Shown here: positions 12,601 through 20,995 of the stretch, one piece after another
Layout: every line of letters begins with the position of its first letter
Numbering within the stretch: position 1 is the first letter of the stretch
From: a virus
DNA length: 64,000 nt
Direction: 5' to 3' (one strand)
Virus record (IMG/VR): IMGVR_UViG_3300032236_000803
Coordinates: 27,191-91,190 of that record
Made by a program: the position numbers and the translations under genes
Notes under the pieces: generated by a model
Database searches by the model: none
Told to the model about the DNA's origin: nothing
Seen by the model: only the letters and a program-made list of their open reading frames with translations

Positions 12601-13034
12601 GAGGACCAGCTGCAACTAAATATTTCACTAAGAAAGTTGTATTAGCAGCAGGAAATGATTCTGGAGATTTAAACGTTTACTTAACTGCATATCGTCCAGT
12701 TAATACTGATATTCTTGTTTATTATAAAATTTTAAGTTCTTCTGATCCGCAAACTTTCGAAAGCGGATATTGGCAATTAATGACCAAGACCCAAAGTTCA
12801 GATACTTTATATTCAACAACAAGAACTGACCTACACGAATATGTATTTGCTCCAGGAGTAAATGGCACTGATCAAGGATATATATCGTATGTTAGTACGA
12901 ATGGTCAAACTTATTACAACTTTATACAGTTTGCTATAAAAGTTGTATTAGTTTCAACTGACAATACTAGCGTTCCTTTCCTGAGCGATTTAAGAGCAAT
13001 AGCATTACCTGCTAACGTTAATACTACATCATAA
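6609..13034 (+). CDS. Giant virion structural protein, VrlC/DUF4815-like (2141 aa)
   Basis: N-terminus NFNVSPYFDDFD...RILFKPGVAVQARELTQSQTILQNQ, plus APGADR, RFKNGILTDDF, DPLAQTF and C-terminal SDLRAIAL motifs, as in the large protein following gp8 in T4-like phages. Confidence 0.85.
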   Translation: MSLNFNVSPYFDDFDSSKNFHRILFKPGVAVQARELTQSQTILQNQVTSFADNIFKQNSPVTGGQVTTNFNCYYIKLEPTYNGASIDVTQFNNLLVTNADGSVVARVIAVVQGTGTTGLGDPPTIIISYKSGIHFVDNDIIYDVNSNLAAQAISLYSSGLSSVASIAKGVFYVLGNFVQVSDSTVVLSKYSNNPSIRIGLTITETVYDYINDSSLLDPAIGASNYQAPGADRYLISLTLDTRNLLLGDDQNFIELVRVQDGNVYKMVDGSVYATIDDYFAKRDYETNGDYIVNNFKLTPKVNSSNSSTYILNVGKGLAYVRGYRVENPSPVELISDKARTTASITNDPVYTGYGSYFYVSNLRGANGSFFDVTTEQAIDLHCVAPSSVNVSSSITYNSTLVASGYTRGLTFSNASDTANANTFVYNLYTNDLQYATLSGNCISSTANTVTLPITLSAIDSAYNGVSISITNGTDYGDFKTIIAYNGSTRVATVDSNWAINPDTSSVFSLNFTSGDVESILTVNKASYPATLYGTAKIDNSGKVGGLSNGYSILENPGSPELLFTIGNPFVQSISSGSYVTTQEIRNVGFTSSGSTLSAQISYTGNYNGIITHIGPTTGNLPISQVLQQYTIVVTNAGTNTKIKVGDIIPWTTTANANRTVALSSGGITATFSTTTSDLSPFTATIVAKVFVENAVDTNQNAILKYKTLVTANSNTVNMAGTQINTYTFVDDSASSTGQIYIINAGIVSPGSKQSLYLSDVLKINKIIDTGSPSANATLAMLSNPNYDVTGNYIFDNGQRDSYYDHASITLRPGAPKPAGNLLVLVNYFKHSGGDGYFSVASYPTVVNGQDFYRQIPVYQAKSGTYYNLRDSLDFRPARLNAQTSFIFRYGNNNVSNYGVLLPIDSGLFTCNYSYYLGRKDLLVITKDRNIQIIEGTPSLSPILPNGPDGCLILANLLLNPYTGYLPTEIQNGIADLSIQPVQHRRYTMADIAGLDARLGQVEYYTSLSALEQSATGMQITDAFGLNRFKNGILTDDFSSFSTADTVNSDYNAAINKRTRQMSAPQTVQNFPLKNLALVYNDSSPSASLIASLNYKISKDGSINYFSLPYTSANLVVQQIASRVTNINPFSVSSSVGTISLTPNVDTWVDTKYAPSLLITDPSLQVFRQSNSINVLSVGDWQTISGTTYLSGSSSSSSSSTSYDLNHNWTVDRGFGLGVGTQTTTTTTSTTDTYTTVLQQQQNNILGPYSSINNTYSLNNGYITDVSVAAWIRPQEVAFRTTGLLFNSYVSNFFDNTNVDNYIRKPNIIELTNVSGTFNPFDIIGYPVSGGFISTAKILDVYPHPGTNNVRLYVAADGYSSLYTNGTVIYKGTFDASGNWILTSSTPQGTISVSQHFGGVVHSNANSATNMVQLSSVAPVVTNYYGTDSSNTIYILSGTGAGQSANIVSYNAASKMVTISPSIYTKYGDMYSIGKTKGTTITSFKVNEEGNYSGVFVIPNGQFHTGQRVFSVDNRINNDATTITTSAQSVFYAEGLQTTAQKLNFGASPAGAAGTFTQTNYQTVSFTTTSSSSSSSSSTSAWDPLAQTFIIDPTNYPNGAFLSSLKVFFSSAPTSDTSTVTLSIVGTLNGYPNGDVLDHSIVTLKPSQVNTSQNPQYLDSTTYTEFVFSAPVYIASGTLYAFILKSNSNEYKLWTAANGDTAIPSSVKNYPTDPTPTNITKITTAPYVGGLFISQNAQTWTADQNQSLMFVINRCVFDTTQNPLIRMVVPQMLPGRTLIEQSVNYLNNANSIANTVATYSANNVLVDAFNLTTTDFIPTATQINYGYQATLASSFAATGIQNINPGRYGTSIFDHIYLNDNNGERVLISNTSTSFSMYAQLSSTDDKVSPILSDAGSTVYTITYNINNCPLSNSLITIANGGSGYNVNTTSVSISSPTGKNGSQAYATANIANGSINRIDIIVPGSGYITTPTITITDANSSPGNGASVIITGETSVHGGPAATKYFTKKVVLAAGNDSGDLNVYLTAYRPVNTDILVYYKILSSSDPQTFESGYWQLMTKTQSSDTLYSTTRTDLHEYVFAPGVNGTDQGYISYVSTNGQTYYNFIQFAIKVVLVSTDNTSVPFLSDLRAIALPANVNTTS

Positions 13035-13035
13035 T

Positions 13036-13266
13036 ATGACAATACTTAAAGTGCAGGGTACTCATCTGATAAGGGACACCAATAGCGGTGCCCTTATCAA
13101 CAGGGATATGAATGGCCTACAAGAATATAATAAAAAAAGACAAATGATGGCCAATCAAAAAGAAGAAATAAATACTATTAAAACAGATGTCGATAACATC
13201 AAAAAAGATTTGTCTGAAATAAAGCAAATGATGCTACAACTATTAGATAAAGGTCCAAATGTCTAA
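13036..13266 (+). CDS. Small conserved coiled-coil protein downstream of the VrlC-like gene
   Basis: LIRDTNSGALIN motif followed by a heptad coiled coil. Overlaps the start of the next gene. Confidence 0.7.
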   Translation: MTILKVQGTHLIRDTNSGALINRDMNGLQEYNKKRQMMANQKEEINTIKTDVDNIKKDLSEIKQMMLQLLDKGPNV

Positions 13267-16021
13267 CTTTACTCCAGCGCAACAATTTAATATTCTCAAC
13301 TATGCCAATACGTTTGGTGATTGGGTAGTAACAACTAACGCTTTAGTTCTGCAAAATAACGATCTTGCTGCTAATAACTTTACTAAAGCATCAGGAACGC
13401 TTTATCTTTCTGATCCATCTCTTGCTTTGCAAGCTAATACTGCTTCAATTTTCCAGAGTTCTGTACAGGTTATCGGCGTTGGTTCATATGCTTATATACA
13501 GAACAATTTAACTGTTGGTGCTCCGGGTACAACCAGTAACGGACAAGTATATTTAAATTATCTTGGTGCTGGTCCTGCGCTAACTTCATACGGTTCTATT
13601 TTCGCAGACGGGGCAAACACAGGACTTCTTGTAGCGAATACCGCAAATATTGGCGGTAAATTATACGTATCTAATACTGCATCGTTTTCTAATACAGTAA
13701 CAATATATGGTACTGCATACGTTGCGAATAATCTATTCTCTTCTAATACGGTATATGCCGATAAAATCCAAGGCAATACCAGCGTAAATACTTTAGTATT
13801 AACTGCGCTGACTGAAGTTTATACTAATCTGTTGCAGTCTAATACTGCTGTAAGTACGAATTACCTAGTTTCTGATAGAGTTCAAGCTAATACAAGCGTA
13901 ACAACAACTAGTGTTTATGCGTCTAATAGCGTAACTGCAATGACTGTATCTGCTGTAAGTAATGTATTTACAAATTCTATACAATCTAACAGCAGCATTA
14001 ATACAACCAATTCTATTGCAAATGTTGTACAAGCTAATTCGTATGTAAATACTGCTACATTAATAGCAACAAGTAATGTCTTCACTAATACATTACAAGC
14101 AAATGTTTCAGTTAATACTGCATCAGTTTATGCTAACAATATTCAAGCTAATACCATAAGTACGCTTGCGTTCATTGCAAACACTATACAATCGAATACT
14201 TCTGTTAATACTGCATCATTGACTGTAACTGGTATTGCTACTATCGGTAATGTAATGACTAATATTGTTACTGCAAACTCAGCGGTAATTGGGGCTGGTG
14301 GATTAACAATTGGCGGTAATTTCGTAATAAGTGGCGCAACAGTTTTCAATTCTCCTACTTTTACAATAAGCGCAAACAGTCCAAATCCTCCTGTAATATT
14401 AAATCCTGGATATGCTGTTTATAGATCAACCGCTAATGCTTTAATCCGTTGGAATGAAGCTAATACTTATTGGGATATGAACGATGTCAATAGCGGAGCA
14501 TTCTATAGAGTATTAACTGACAAATATTTAAGTAATTCTGGCGTATTGAATAGTTCTGGGAATGTTGCAACTTCTTCTGCGTTATATTATGCTAATAATT
14601 GGTTACAGGCAAACGATTCATTAACTTTATCTAATGCTGTAGCTTACGCAAACGCAGCTAATCTTTGGTTACAGGCAAATGACTCATTGACATTGGCAAC
14701 TGCCCAAACGTTTTCAAGTAATGCCAATAACATAACTTCTGGTATTTTATCTTTAACACGATTACCTACTTCTGGCGTTGTTGCTGGCGTTTATGGTAAT
14801 ACTGTTAGTATACCTACTGTTACGGTTGACCAATACGGAAGAGTAACTGCAGTAAGTAATAACGCAGTATCAACCACGATCAATTTAGCAGGTTCTATTG
14901 GAACTGGATCTGTTGCTGGCGGCGGGACATTAACTTTATCATCTTCTAATACAGCAATAACTAATGTAACTGCCTCTGGATCTACGTTAACAATTAATCC
15001 TCAATTATCAGGAGTTGTTTCAGGATCATATGGTAATGCTACGACTATACCAACAATTACAGTTGATCAATATGGTAGAGTTTTATCAGTTGCAAATAAT
15101 GCAGTATCAACCACGATCAATTTAACAGGTAATTCTGGAACTGGTTCTGTTGCTGGTGGTAATACTTTAATACTAAGTTCATCAAATTCTTCAGTAACAA
15201 ATGTAGCTGCTTCCGGAAATACGTTAACAATAAATCCGCAATTATCTGGTGTTACTCCCGGTTCGTATATAATATCTAGTATAACTGTTGACCAATATGG
15301 TCGCGTAACTAGCGCAAGTTCTGGATCTGTTGCTGGCGTAAGTATAAACAATGATACTACATCAGCTTATACTTTCTATCCTTTATTATCGCTTACTACT
15401 ACTGGAAGTTTGGCAACAACCAATACTTCAAGTACGAAGTTATCGTTTACTCCGTCCACAGGTATATTATCTGCAACAGGATTTTCTGGATCGGGAGCAG
15501 GGTTAACAGGAACTGGTATTAATTTCACAGCCAATACTGTGGCTAATATCACAGGAACTCAAGTTACTAATGCTCTTGGATATACTCCTTATAATTCAAG
15601 CAATCCAAATGGATATCTTGCAAATACTTCATCTGCTTCATTTTCAGGGTTAGCTGTAACTGGACAAACTACTTCAACAAAAGGCTACAGAGAAGGTGTG
15701 GTTGCAGTCGGTACAGTAACAGGAGCAACCAATTTAGATTTATCGCAAGGAAATATATTTACAATTACGTTGGGCGCAAGCGGTGTAGCATTTACATTCA
15801 CAAATCCTCCGGCATCTGGCGTTGCTTGTACAATAACGTTGATAATAACACAAGACGGTACTGGATCTAGAACGTTTGGATCAATTACTGGTTCTGTTTG
15901 GACAGATGGTAATAAACCAGTTTTAACAACCACTGCTAGTAAAACGGATATGTTATCATTAATGACTGTTAATGGCGGCAGTACTTATTATGGCTCATTC
16001 GCAGGAGCAAATTTCGGATAA
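13259..16021 (+). CDS. Tail fibre protein (920 aa)
   Basis: N-terminal NTFGDWVVTTN baseplate-attachment-like motif, three GxYxxxxxTVDQYGRV fibre repeats, and a C-terminal beta-sandwich (LDLSQGNIFTITL...TQDGTGSRT...KTDMLSL). Confidence 0.75.
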   Translation: MSNFTPAQQFNILNYANTFGDWVVTTNALVLQNNDLAANNFTKASGTLYLSDPSLALQANTASIFQSSVQVIGVGSYAYIQNNLTVGAPGTTSNGQVYLNYLGAGPALTSYGSIFADGANTGLLVANTANIGGKLYVSNTASFSNTVTIYGTAYVANNLFSSNTVYADKIQGNTSVNTLVLTALTEVYTNLLQSNTAVSTNYLVSDRVQANTSVTTTSVYASNSVTAMTVSAVSNVFTNSIQSNSSINTTNSIANVVQANSYVNTATLIATSNVFTNTLQANVSVNTASVYANNIQANTISTLAFIANTIQSNTSVNTASLTVTGIATIGNVMTNIVTANSAVIGAGGLTIGGNFVISGATVFNSPTFTISANSPNPPVILNPGYAVYRSTANALIRWNEANTYWDMNDVNSGAFYRVLTDKYLSNSGVLNSSGNVATSSALYYANNWLQANDSLTLSNAVAYANAANLWLQANDSLTLATAQTFSSNANNITSGILSLTRLPTSGVVAGVYGNTVSIPTVTVDQYGRVTAVSNNAVSTTINLAGSIGTGSVAGGGTLTLSSSNTAITNVTASGSTLTINPQLSGVVSGSYGNATTIPTITVDQYGRVLSVANNAVSTTINLTGNSGTGSVAGGNTLILSSSNSSVTNVAASGNTLTINPQLSGVTPGSYIISSITVDQYGRVTSASSGSVAGVSINNDTTSAYTFYPLLSLTTTGSLATTNTSSTKLSFTPSTGILSATGFSGSGAGLTGTGINFTANTVANITGTQVTNALGYTPYNSSNPNGYLANTSSASFSGLAVTGQTTSTKGYREGVVAVGTVTGATNLDLSQGNIFTITLGASGVAFTFTNPPASGVACTITLIITQDGTGSRTFGSITGSVWTDGNKPVLTTTASKTDMLSLMTVNGGSTYYGSFAGANFG
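14770..15330 (+). repeat. Three tail-fibre repeats (SGVxxGxY...TVDQYGRV)
   Basis: Seen in translation and DNA (gttgaccaatacgga / gttgatcaatatggt / gttgaccaatatggt). Confidence 0.8.
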
Positions 16022-16047
16022 TATATACTTTTATTTTATGGTATAGT

Positions 16048-17625
16048 ATGAAGAATCAAGTAGAATCTATTTTGATAGTGGGTGGAGGCAGCTCTGGTTG
16101 GATGACTGGAGCTGCTTTAGTAAAACATTTACCAAATGTTAAAATTTCTTTGGTTGAATCTCCTGATATTAAAACAATAGGAGTTGGAGAAAGTACGTTA
16201 GGACACATAAATGAATTTTTTCATTTTTTAGGATTGCGAGATGAGGATTGGATGAAGCATTGTAATGCTACATACAAAACTTCAATTAAGTTTACTGATT
16301 TTAGAGACAACCCAAAAGATAAACCTTATGTGTTTCATTATCCGTTTGGGCTTTGGGACTTAACAGACAAACCAAATGGGTTAATGGATTGGTTTGATTA
16401 TAAAGCAAAATATCCAGAAACTCCCTGTGAAAATTTCGCAGAATTTTATCATGACGCAGTATTAATGACTGATCATAATAAAATGACATATAACCAAAAT
16501 GGCGCAATAAGGAATTTTAATCCATTCAATGATGTGGCTTATCATATGAATGCTGCGTTATTTGGTGAGTATTTAAGAGATTACGTTTGTAAGCCAAATG
16601 GTTTAAATCATATATTGGCTACAGTTAAAGGCGCCAGTAAAGACGAATCCGGATGTATTTCAAAGATACATACAGATAAAGGGGATTTAACTGCCGATCT
16701 CTATATAGATTGTACTGGATTCAAATCATTTCTATTAGAAGAAATTATGGGAATTCAGTTTGAATCTTTTGATGACTTATTAATGAATGATAGAGCTATA
16801 GCAGCTCCTATTCAATACATTGATAAAAATAAAGAAATGGAATGTGTTACCAATTGTACTGCCATTGAAAATGGATGGGTATGGAATACCCCTTTATGGG
16901 ATAGGATTGGAACTGGGTATGTTTATTCCAGTCAATTTGTATCAGATGATGATGCGTTAGGACAGTTTAAAAAACATTTGAAGTCGAATCGTATGATTTG
17001 TCAAAATGATGCTAGAATAGATACAGCGGAATTTAGGCAACTTAAAATCAGACATGGTAAACACGAAAAGGCTTGGGAGAAAAATGTTGTTGCAGTAGGG
17101 TTATCAAATGGTTTTGTTGAACCTTTAGAATCAACAGGATTATTGATGACTCATGAAGCAATTATAAAATTAGTAAACATTTTAAAGGCAAGAAATAATT
17201 ATTATAATAAACTTGATGTTGATAGTTTTAATTTTTCTTTAAATAACCAAATAGATGGATTTAAAAATTTTATAGCTTTACATTATGCATTAAGTAAAAG
17301 GGATGACACGGAATATTGGAGACACGTCACGAATAATATTTCGTATAAAAATACAGGAATATTTGAATTTTTTTCGCATTCAATGATCAATTCTAGACGG
17401 TTTGCATCTAATGTAACTGAAGGATTATTTTATATAGCAGCTGGTATGGGATACAATCCTACTGATAGTAGTAGATTAGATTTTCATAACATGGTATATA
17501 ATGATGATCCATATATTCCAGAAAAAGTTATGGATGAATGGTTAAAACATAAAAGACTCGTTATGAAAATTATTGATAGACTACCTACTCATTATGAATT
17601 TTTGAAGAACAATATATATAAATAA
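16048..17625 (+). CDS. Flavin-dependent tryptophan-halogenase-family protein
   Basis: FAD-binding IVGGGSSG, IGVGEST, putative catalytic Lys in NATYKTSIKF, YIDCTGF, the WxWxIP-like GWVWNTP, and GFVEPLESTG. Confidence 0.9.
   Translation: MKNQVESILIVGGGSSGWMTGAALVKHLPNVKISLVESPDIKTIGVGESTLGHINEFFHFLGLRDEDWMKHCNATYKTSIKFTDFRDNPKDKPYVFHYPFGLWDLTDKPNGLMDWFDYKAKYPETPCENFAEFYHDAVLMTDHNKMTYNQNGAIRNFNPFNDVAYHMNAALFGEYLRDYVCKPNGLNHILATVKGASKDESGCISKIHTDKGDLTADLYIDCTGFKSFLLEEIMGIQFESFDDLLMNDRAIAAPIQYIDKNKEMECVTNCTAIENGWVWNTPLWDRIGTGYVYSSQFVSDDDALGQFKKHLKSNRMICQNDARIDTAEFRQLKIRHGKHEKAWEKNVVAVGLSNGFVEPLESTGLLMTHEAIIKLVNILKARNNYYNKLDVDSFNFSLNNQIDGFKNFIALHYALSKRDDTEYWRHVTNNISYKNTGIFEFFSHSMINSRRFASNVTEGLFYIAAGMGYNPTDSSRLDFHNMVYNDDPYIPEKVMDEWLKHKRLVMKIIDRLPTHYEFLKNNIYK
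17617..17624 (+). promoter_or_regulatory. T4-type late promoter TATAAATA
   Basis: Exact consensus overlapping the halogenase stop codon, 34 nt before the next ATG. Confidence 0.7.
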
Positions 17626-17657
17626 TTAAAGATAACATTTTATAAGGGTTTGTAAAG

Positions 17658-17960
17658 ATGAAACAAAACATTTTCCTATTTCATAGATTTGACAAACATG
17701 CGTCAGATCATTTTAACATTAAAAACGTTATATTAAGAAATAAGAATATCCAAGTTCAAACTAGAGGTTATGGAACAGAAGCATCTTGGTCTGAATTTGT
17801 CAGTTCATTTATTACTTCTTATAGCAAAATCATACTTGAAAATAACATTAAAATAGACCCTAATTTTGATGGATTTATTTTAATGTACGATGATACTATT
17901 TTAGAACAAAGAGTCATTTTAACTGATCTCAACGCAATAATCGCAGAATTATCAAGCTAA
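17658..17960 (+). CDS. Hypothetical protein (100 aa)
   Basis: ORF fills the gap between the late promoter and the Gly-rich gene, with an AAGGG SD-like sequence upstream. Confidence 0.7.
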   Translation: MKQNIFLFHRFDKHASDHFNIKNVILRNKNIQVQTRGYGTEASWSEFVSSFITSYSKIILENNIKIDPNFDGFILMYDDTILEQRVILTDLNAIIAELSS

Positions 17961-17964
17961 AACT

Positions 17965-19320
17965 ATGCCAGGGTTTTTCAGAACATTAGCTCCAGCAGGA
18001 TCGCAGACGCATAATTCTGGTACATCCGGTTCATGGGCAGCACCGTTTCGCGTAAGAACCGTTAATATTTCAGTATTAGGCCAACCGGGAAATTCAGGTA
18101 ATCCTGGAAATCCTGGAAATGGCGGATCAGGAGGAAGCGCAGGTAATCCTGGAAATTCAGGTAATCCTGGAAGCCAAGGTAATTCTGGAAATCCAGGAGG
18201 ACATGCTGGTGGCGGCGGTGGCGGCGGTGGCGGTGGCGGTGGTGTAGCGCACGTTGTAGTTAGAAATTACCCATATGGTAATTGTAGGGCTACTAATTCT
18301 ATAGGACAAATTAGTGGAAATTACGGGTGTGGTTCTGGCGGGCACTGCAGTAATGCTCCATATGGCGGAGGATGGGGAGGTAGCGGAGCGTCACACCAAG
18401 GCCAAGGGAACAATTTCGGATGTTACGGAAAAGCTGGTGTGGGCGGTTCTGGCGGAAGCCACGGAAGAGCAGGAACTTTTTGCAGCAATTGTCATTCTCA
18501 CTGCGGATTTAGTGGAAATCCAGGGACTGGCGGTCAACCAGGTGCTGCTGGTAATTCGGGAAATTACGGAGCTAGTGGGTCTAATGGTAATAGCGGTAAT
18601 GGAGGAGGATCAGGAAATCCAGGTAATGCAGGATCAGCAGGATCAACAGGAAATAGAGGAGCCAACACTAGTTTTAATATAGTAAATCAGACATATGTTG
18701 GTAGCGGGGGTTCTGGAGGTTCAGCAGGAAACGCAGGCAATCCTGGAAATGCAGGCAATCCAGGTTATGCTGGAAACGGCGGTTCTGCTGGAAACGGAGG
18801 CGCTGGAGGAAACGGAGGCAGCGGAGGATACAGCGTAACAGGAAATGCTGGCGGTGGCGGTAGTGGCATTGGCTTTCCTGGTAATCCAGGCCAACAAGGA
18901 GGAAGTATTAATGGAAACTGGGGAGGCGGTGGACACGCAAATGCTGGCGTATCTTGGAATTCTGGTTCTGGCGGCGGAAGTGGCGGTGCTGGTGGACATG
19001 CTGGCGCAGGTATATGGTGTTTTCTTTATGGAAATGGACTTAACGCAGGTGGTACTGGCGGTCCAGGCGGTGCTGGCGGTGCTGGTGGGGGAACTTATGG
19101 TAATGGAGGTAACGGAGGTTCGCCAGGTAATTCAGGTTCAGGAGGAAATCCAGGAGGAGCTGGTTCTAACGGAAATGCTGGATCTGGAGCAGGTTCAGGA
19201 GGAAGCGGAAGCCCTGCATCAACATCTAATTATGGTTCACAAAATATAACATACAGAGTAGCCTACCCATATAGCGTAGCGCCATCTGGTTCAGTAACAA
19301 TAAGTTGGAGTAGACAATAA
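17965..19320 (+). CDS. Glycine-rich (Gly-X-X / polyglycine II) adhesin-like protein with Cys/His-rich inserts
   Basis: Long GNP/GNS/GSA/GNG triplet runs, a G12 run, 8 Cys, and beta-strand-like termini (SGSWAAPFRVRTVNISVLG ... YSVAPSGSVTISW). Locally GC-richer than the window. Confidence 0.7.
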   Translation: MPGFFRTLAPAGSQTHNSGTSGSWAAPFRVRTVNISVLGQPGNSGNPGNPGNGGSGGSAGNPGNSGNPGSQGNSGNPGGHAGGGGGGGGGGGGVAHVVVRNYPYGNCRATNSIGQISGNYGCGSGGHCSNAPYGGGWGGSGASHQGQGNNFGCYGKAGVGGSGGSHGRAGTFCSNCHSHCGFSGNPGTGGQPGAAGNSGNYGASGSNGNSGNGGGSGNPGNAGSAGSTGNRGANTSFNIVNQTYVGSGGSGGSAGNAGNPGNAGNPGYAGNGGSAGNGGAGGNGGSGGYSVTGNAGGGGSGIGFPGNPGQQGGSINGNWGGGGHANAGVSWNSGSGGGSGGAGGHAGAGIWCFLYGNGLNAGGTGGPGGAGGAGGGTYGNGGNGGSPGNSGSGGNPGGAGSNGNAGSGAGSGGSGSPASTSNYGSQNITYRVAYPYSVAPSGSVTISWSRQ

Positions 19321-19745
19321 TGACAGAAGATAATTACAGTTATACGTATCAAGTAACAGGAACTAATATAGAAACTGGAACTTTTGTAGTAGAATATATG
19401 CCAGTTAGCACAAATCTAACACCAATCAGCGTTAATTTACAATTAATTCCTTTATATTATACAGATATTGTTGACGCTAACAATGCTCCCATATATACAT
19501 CTCAAGATGCAATCCCATTTGAATTACACCTAGAAAGCACTATTAATAGATATGCTCCTCTTATTCAATGGAGGAATCAATATATGATGAGCGATAACAT
19601 TTCTAATATTGAATCAGCAAATGGAGCATTTAATCTTAGCGCAAATACTGTTTCTTATCCAAGCGGATTAACTGTGGTAAGAAATCCTAACGATGTAATA
19701 TTTTCAACAGCATACAGTATTAAAGTTGTGGAATCTTCTAATTAA
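19320..19745 (+). CDS. Hypothetical protein, possible fibre/adhesin assembly partner
   Basis: Translationally coupled (TAATG) to the Gly-rich gene. Confidence 0.6.
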   Translation: MTEDNYSYTYQVTGTNIETGTFVVEYMPVSTNLTPISVNLQLIPLYYTDIVDANNAPIYTSQDAIPFELHLESTINRYAPLIQWRNQYMMSDNISNIESANGAFNLSANTVSYPSGLTVVRNPNDVIFSTAYSIKVVESSN

Positions 19746-19760
19746 TTATAAAACAAATTT

Positions 19761-20357
19761 ATGAAATTGAGTACTATTCGTATTGAAGATTCATTCTGTT
19801 CTTGGAATGATTTATTTACTGAAGATGAAATTGATGAAATAGTAAAATATTGCGAAGAAGCACCTAGAATAGACGGTCAAATAGGTGCTGGTGCTGGTGA
19901 AAAATTAGATATTGATATAAGAAAATCAAAAGTTTCTTTTATTGAAAGAAACGAAGAAAATAATTGGTTTTTTTCTAGAATACAAGCAGCAAGTAATAAG
20001 TTAAATTCAAAATTTTTTGGATTTGACATCGAAGTTTTAAATACTATGCAATACACTGTTTATGATGAAGAAGGCAGTCATTATGATTGGCATTGGGATA
20101 TATACACAGGAAACGCTTTAAATAATTTAGAAGATATTAAACAAAGAAAACTTACATCCGTTTTACAATTAGATAATCCTGATGATTATGAAGAAGGATT
20201 TCTTCAATTGAATTCTTGCGGTACAATATCAGAAGTTGATCGTAAAAAAGGATATATGGTTTGTTTTCCGTCTTTTCTTGTGCACAGAGTTACTCCAGTG
20301 AAATCTGGAAAAAGAAGAACTTTGGTTGCTTGGTTTAATGGTCCTGATTGGAGATAG
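19761..20357 (+). CDS. 2OG-Fe(II) oxygenase, prolyl-4-hydroxylase/PKHD-like
   Basis: HxD motif (YDWHWD), RKLTSVLQL, FPSFLVHRVTPV and distal Arg (RRTLVAW). Confidence 0.9.
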   Translation: MKLSTIRIEDSFCSWNDLFTEDEIDEIVKYCEEAPRIDGQIGAGAGEKLDIDIRKSKVSFIERNEENNWFFSRIQAASNKLNSKFFGFDIEVLNTMQYTVYDEEGSHYDWHWDIYTGNALNNLEDIKQRKLTSVLQLDNPDDYEEGFLQLNSCGTISEVDRKKGYMVCFPSFLVHRVTPVKSGKRRTLVAWFNGPDWR

Positions 20358-20359
20358 TA

Positions 20360-20962
20360 ATGATTGATGAATATTATGGTTATCCTGAAGATTTTATAAG
20401 AGCATATCCTAAAGCAGTTAGTAGAGAATTTTGTAGGGGTATGATTGATTATTTTGAATGGTGTAATAAAAACAATAGAACATTCAAAAGAACTGAAGCT
20501 ACCAAATTGTTCAAGGATGATGAATCTTGTACAGTCCAACCTTTGGACTATTGGGATATTACATTTTCTAATGACAATCTTGGAGGATATGTTCAAGAAT
20601 TTAATAATTCTTTTTGGAATGAATGTTGGCCTTCGTATATTTCTGAAGTAGATATTCTAAGACAAATAAATAGCTGTACAATTTTTTCATATAAAATACA
20701 GAAAACTATACCTTCTGGCGGTTATCATGTATGGCATTTTGAACAGTCAGAAAGACATTCAAGAAGAATTGCTGCATATGTTCTTTATTTAAATGATGTT
20801 CCTGAGGGTGGTGAAACGGAATTTCTTTATCAACAAAAGAGAATTCCTCCAAGTGAAGGTACATTAGTTATTTTTCCAGCATCATATACGCATACGCATA
20901 GAGGAAATCCACCACTACGTGGAGTCAAATATATTATGACTGGTTGGATTGAATACGGATAA
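20360..20962 (+). CDS. 2OG-Fe(II) oxygenase
   Basis: HxE motif (YHVWHFE), YLND..EGGETEF, HTHRGNPP, KYIMTGW. ATG at 20360 is preferred over the TTG at 20348 that overlaps the upstream gene. Confidence 0.9.
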   Translation: MIDEYYGYPEDFIRAYPKAVSREFCRGMIDYFEWCNKNNRTFKRTEATKLFKDDESCTVQPLDYWDITFSNDNLGGYVQEFNNSFWNECWPSYISEVDILRQINSCTIFSYKIQKTIPSGGYHVWHFEQSERHSRRIAAYVLYLNDVPEGGETEFLYQQKRIPPSEGTLVIFPASYTHTHRGNPPLRGVKYIMTGWIEYG

Positions 20963-20966
20963 ATAG

Positions 20967-20989
20967 AAACCCTCGAAAGAGGGTTTTTT
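20967..20989 (+). terminator. Rho-independent terminator
   Basis: AAACCCTC-GAAA-GAGGGTTT stem with GNRA loop followed by a T tract. Confidence 0.9.
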
Positions 20990-20995
20990 AATAAA

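Noticed and set aside
18314-19249. Alternative-frame ORFs inside the Gly-rich gene
   Set aside because: Frame-shift shadows of GGN repeats, with no independent RBS or recognisable motifs.
17965-19320. Classical trimeric collagen or antifreeze protein call
   Set aside because: The triplets are often GGX/GXG with register shifts and poly-Gly, which fits a PGII bundle better. Ice-binding cannot be supported from sequence.
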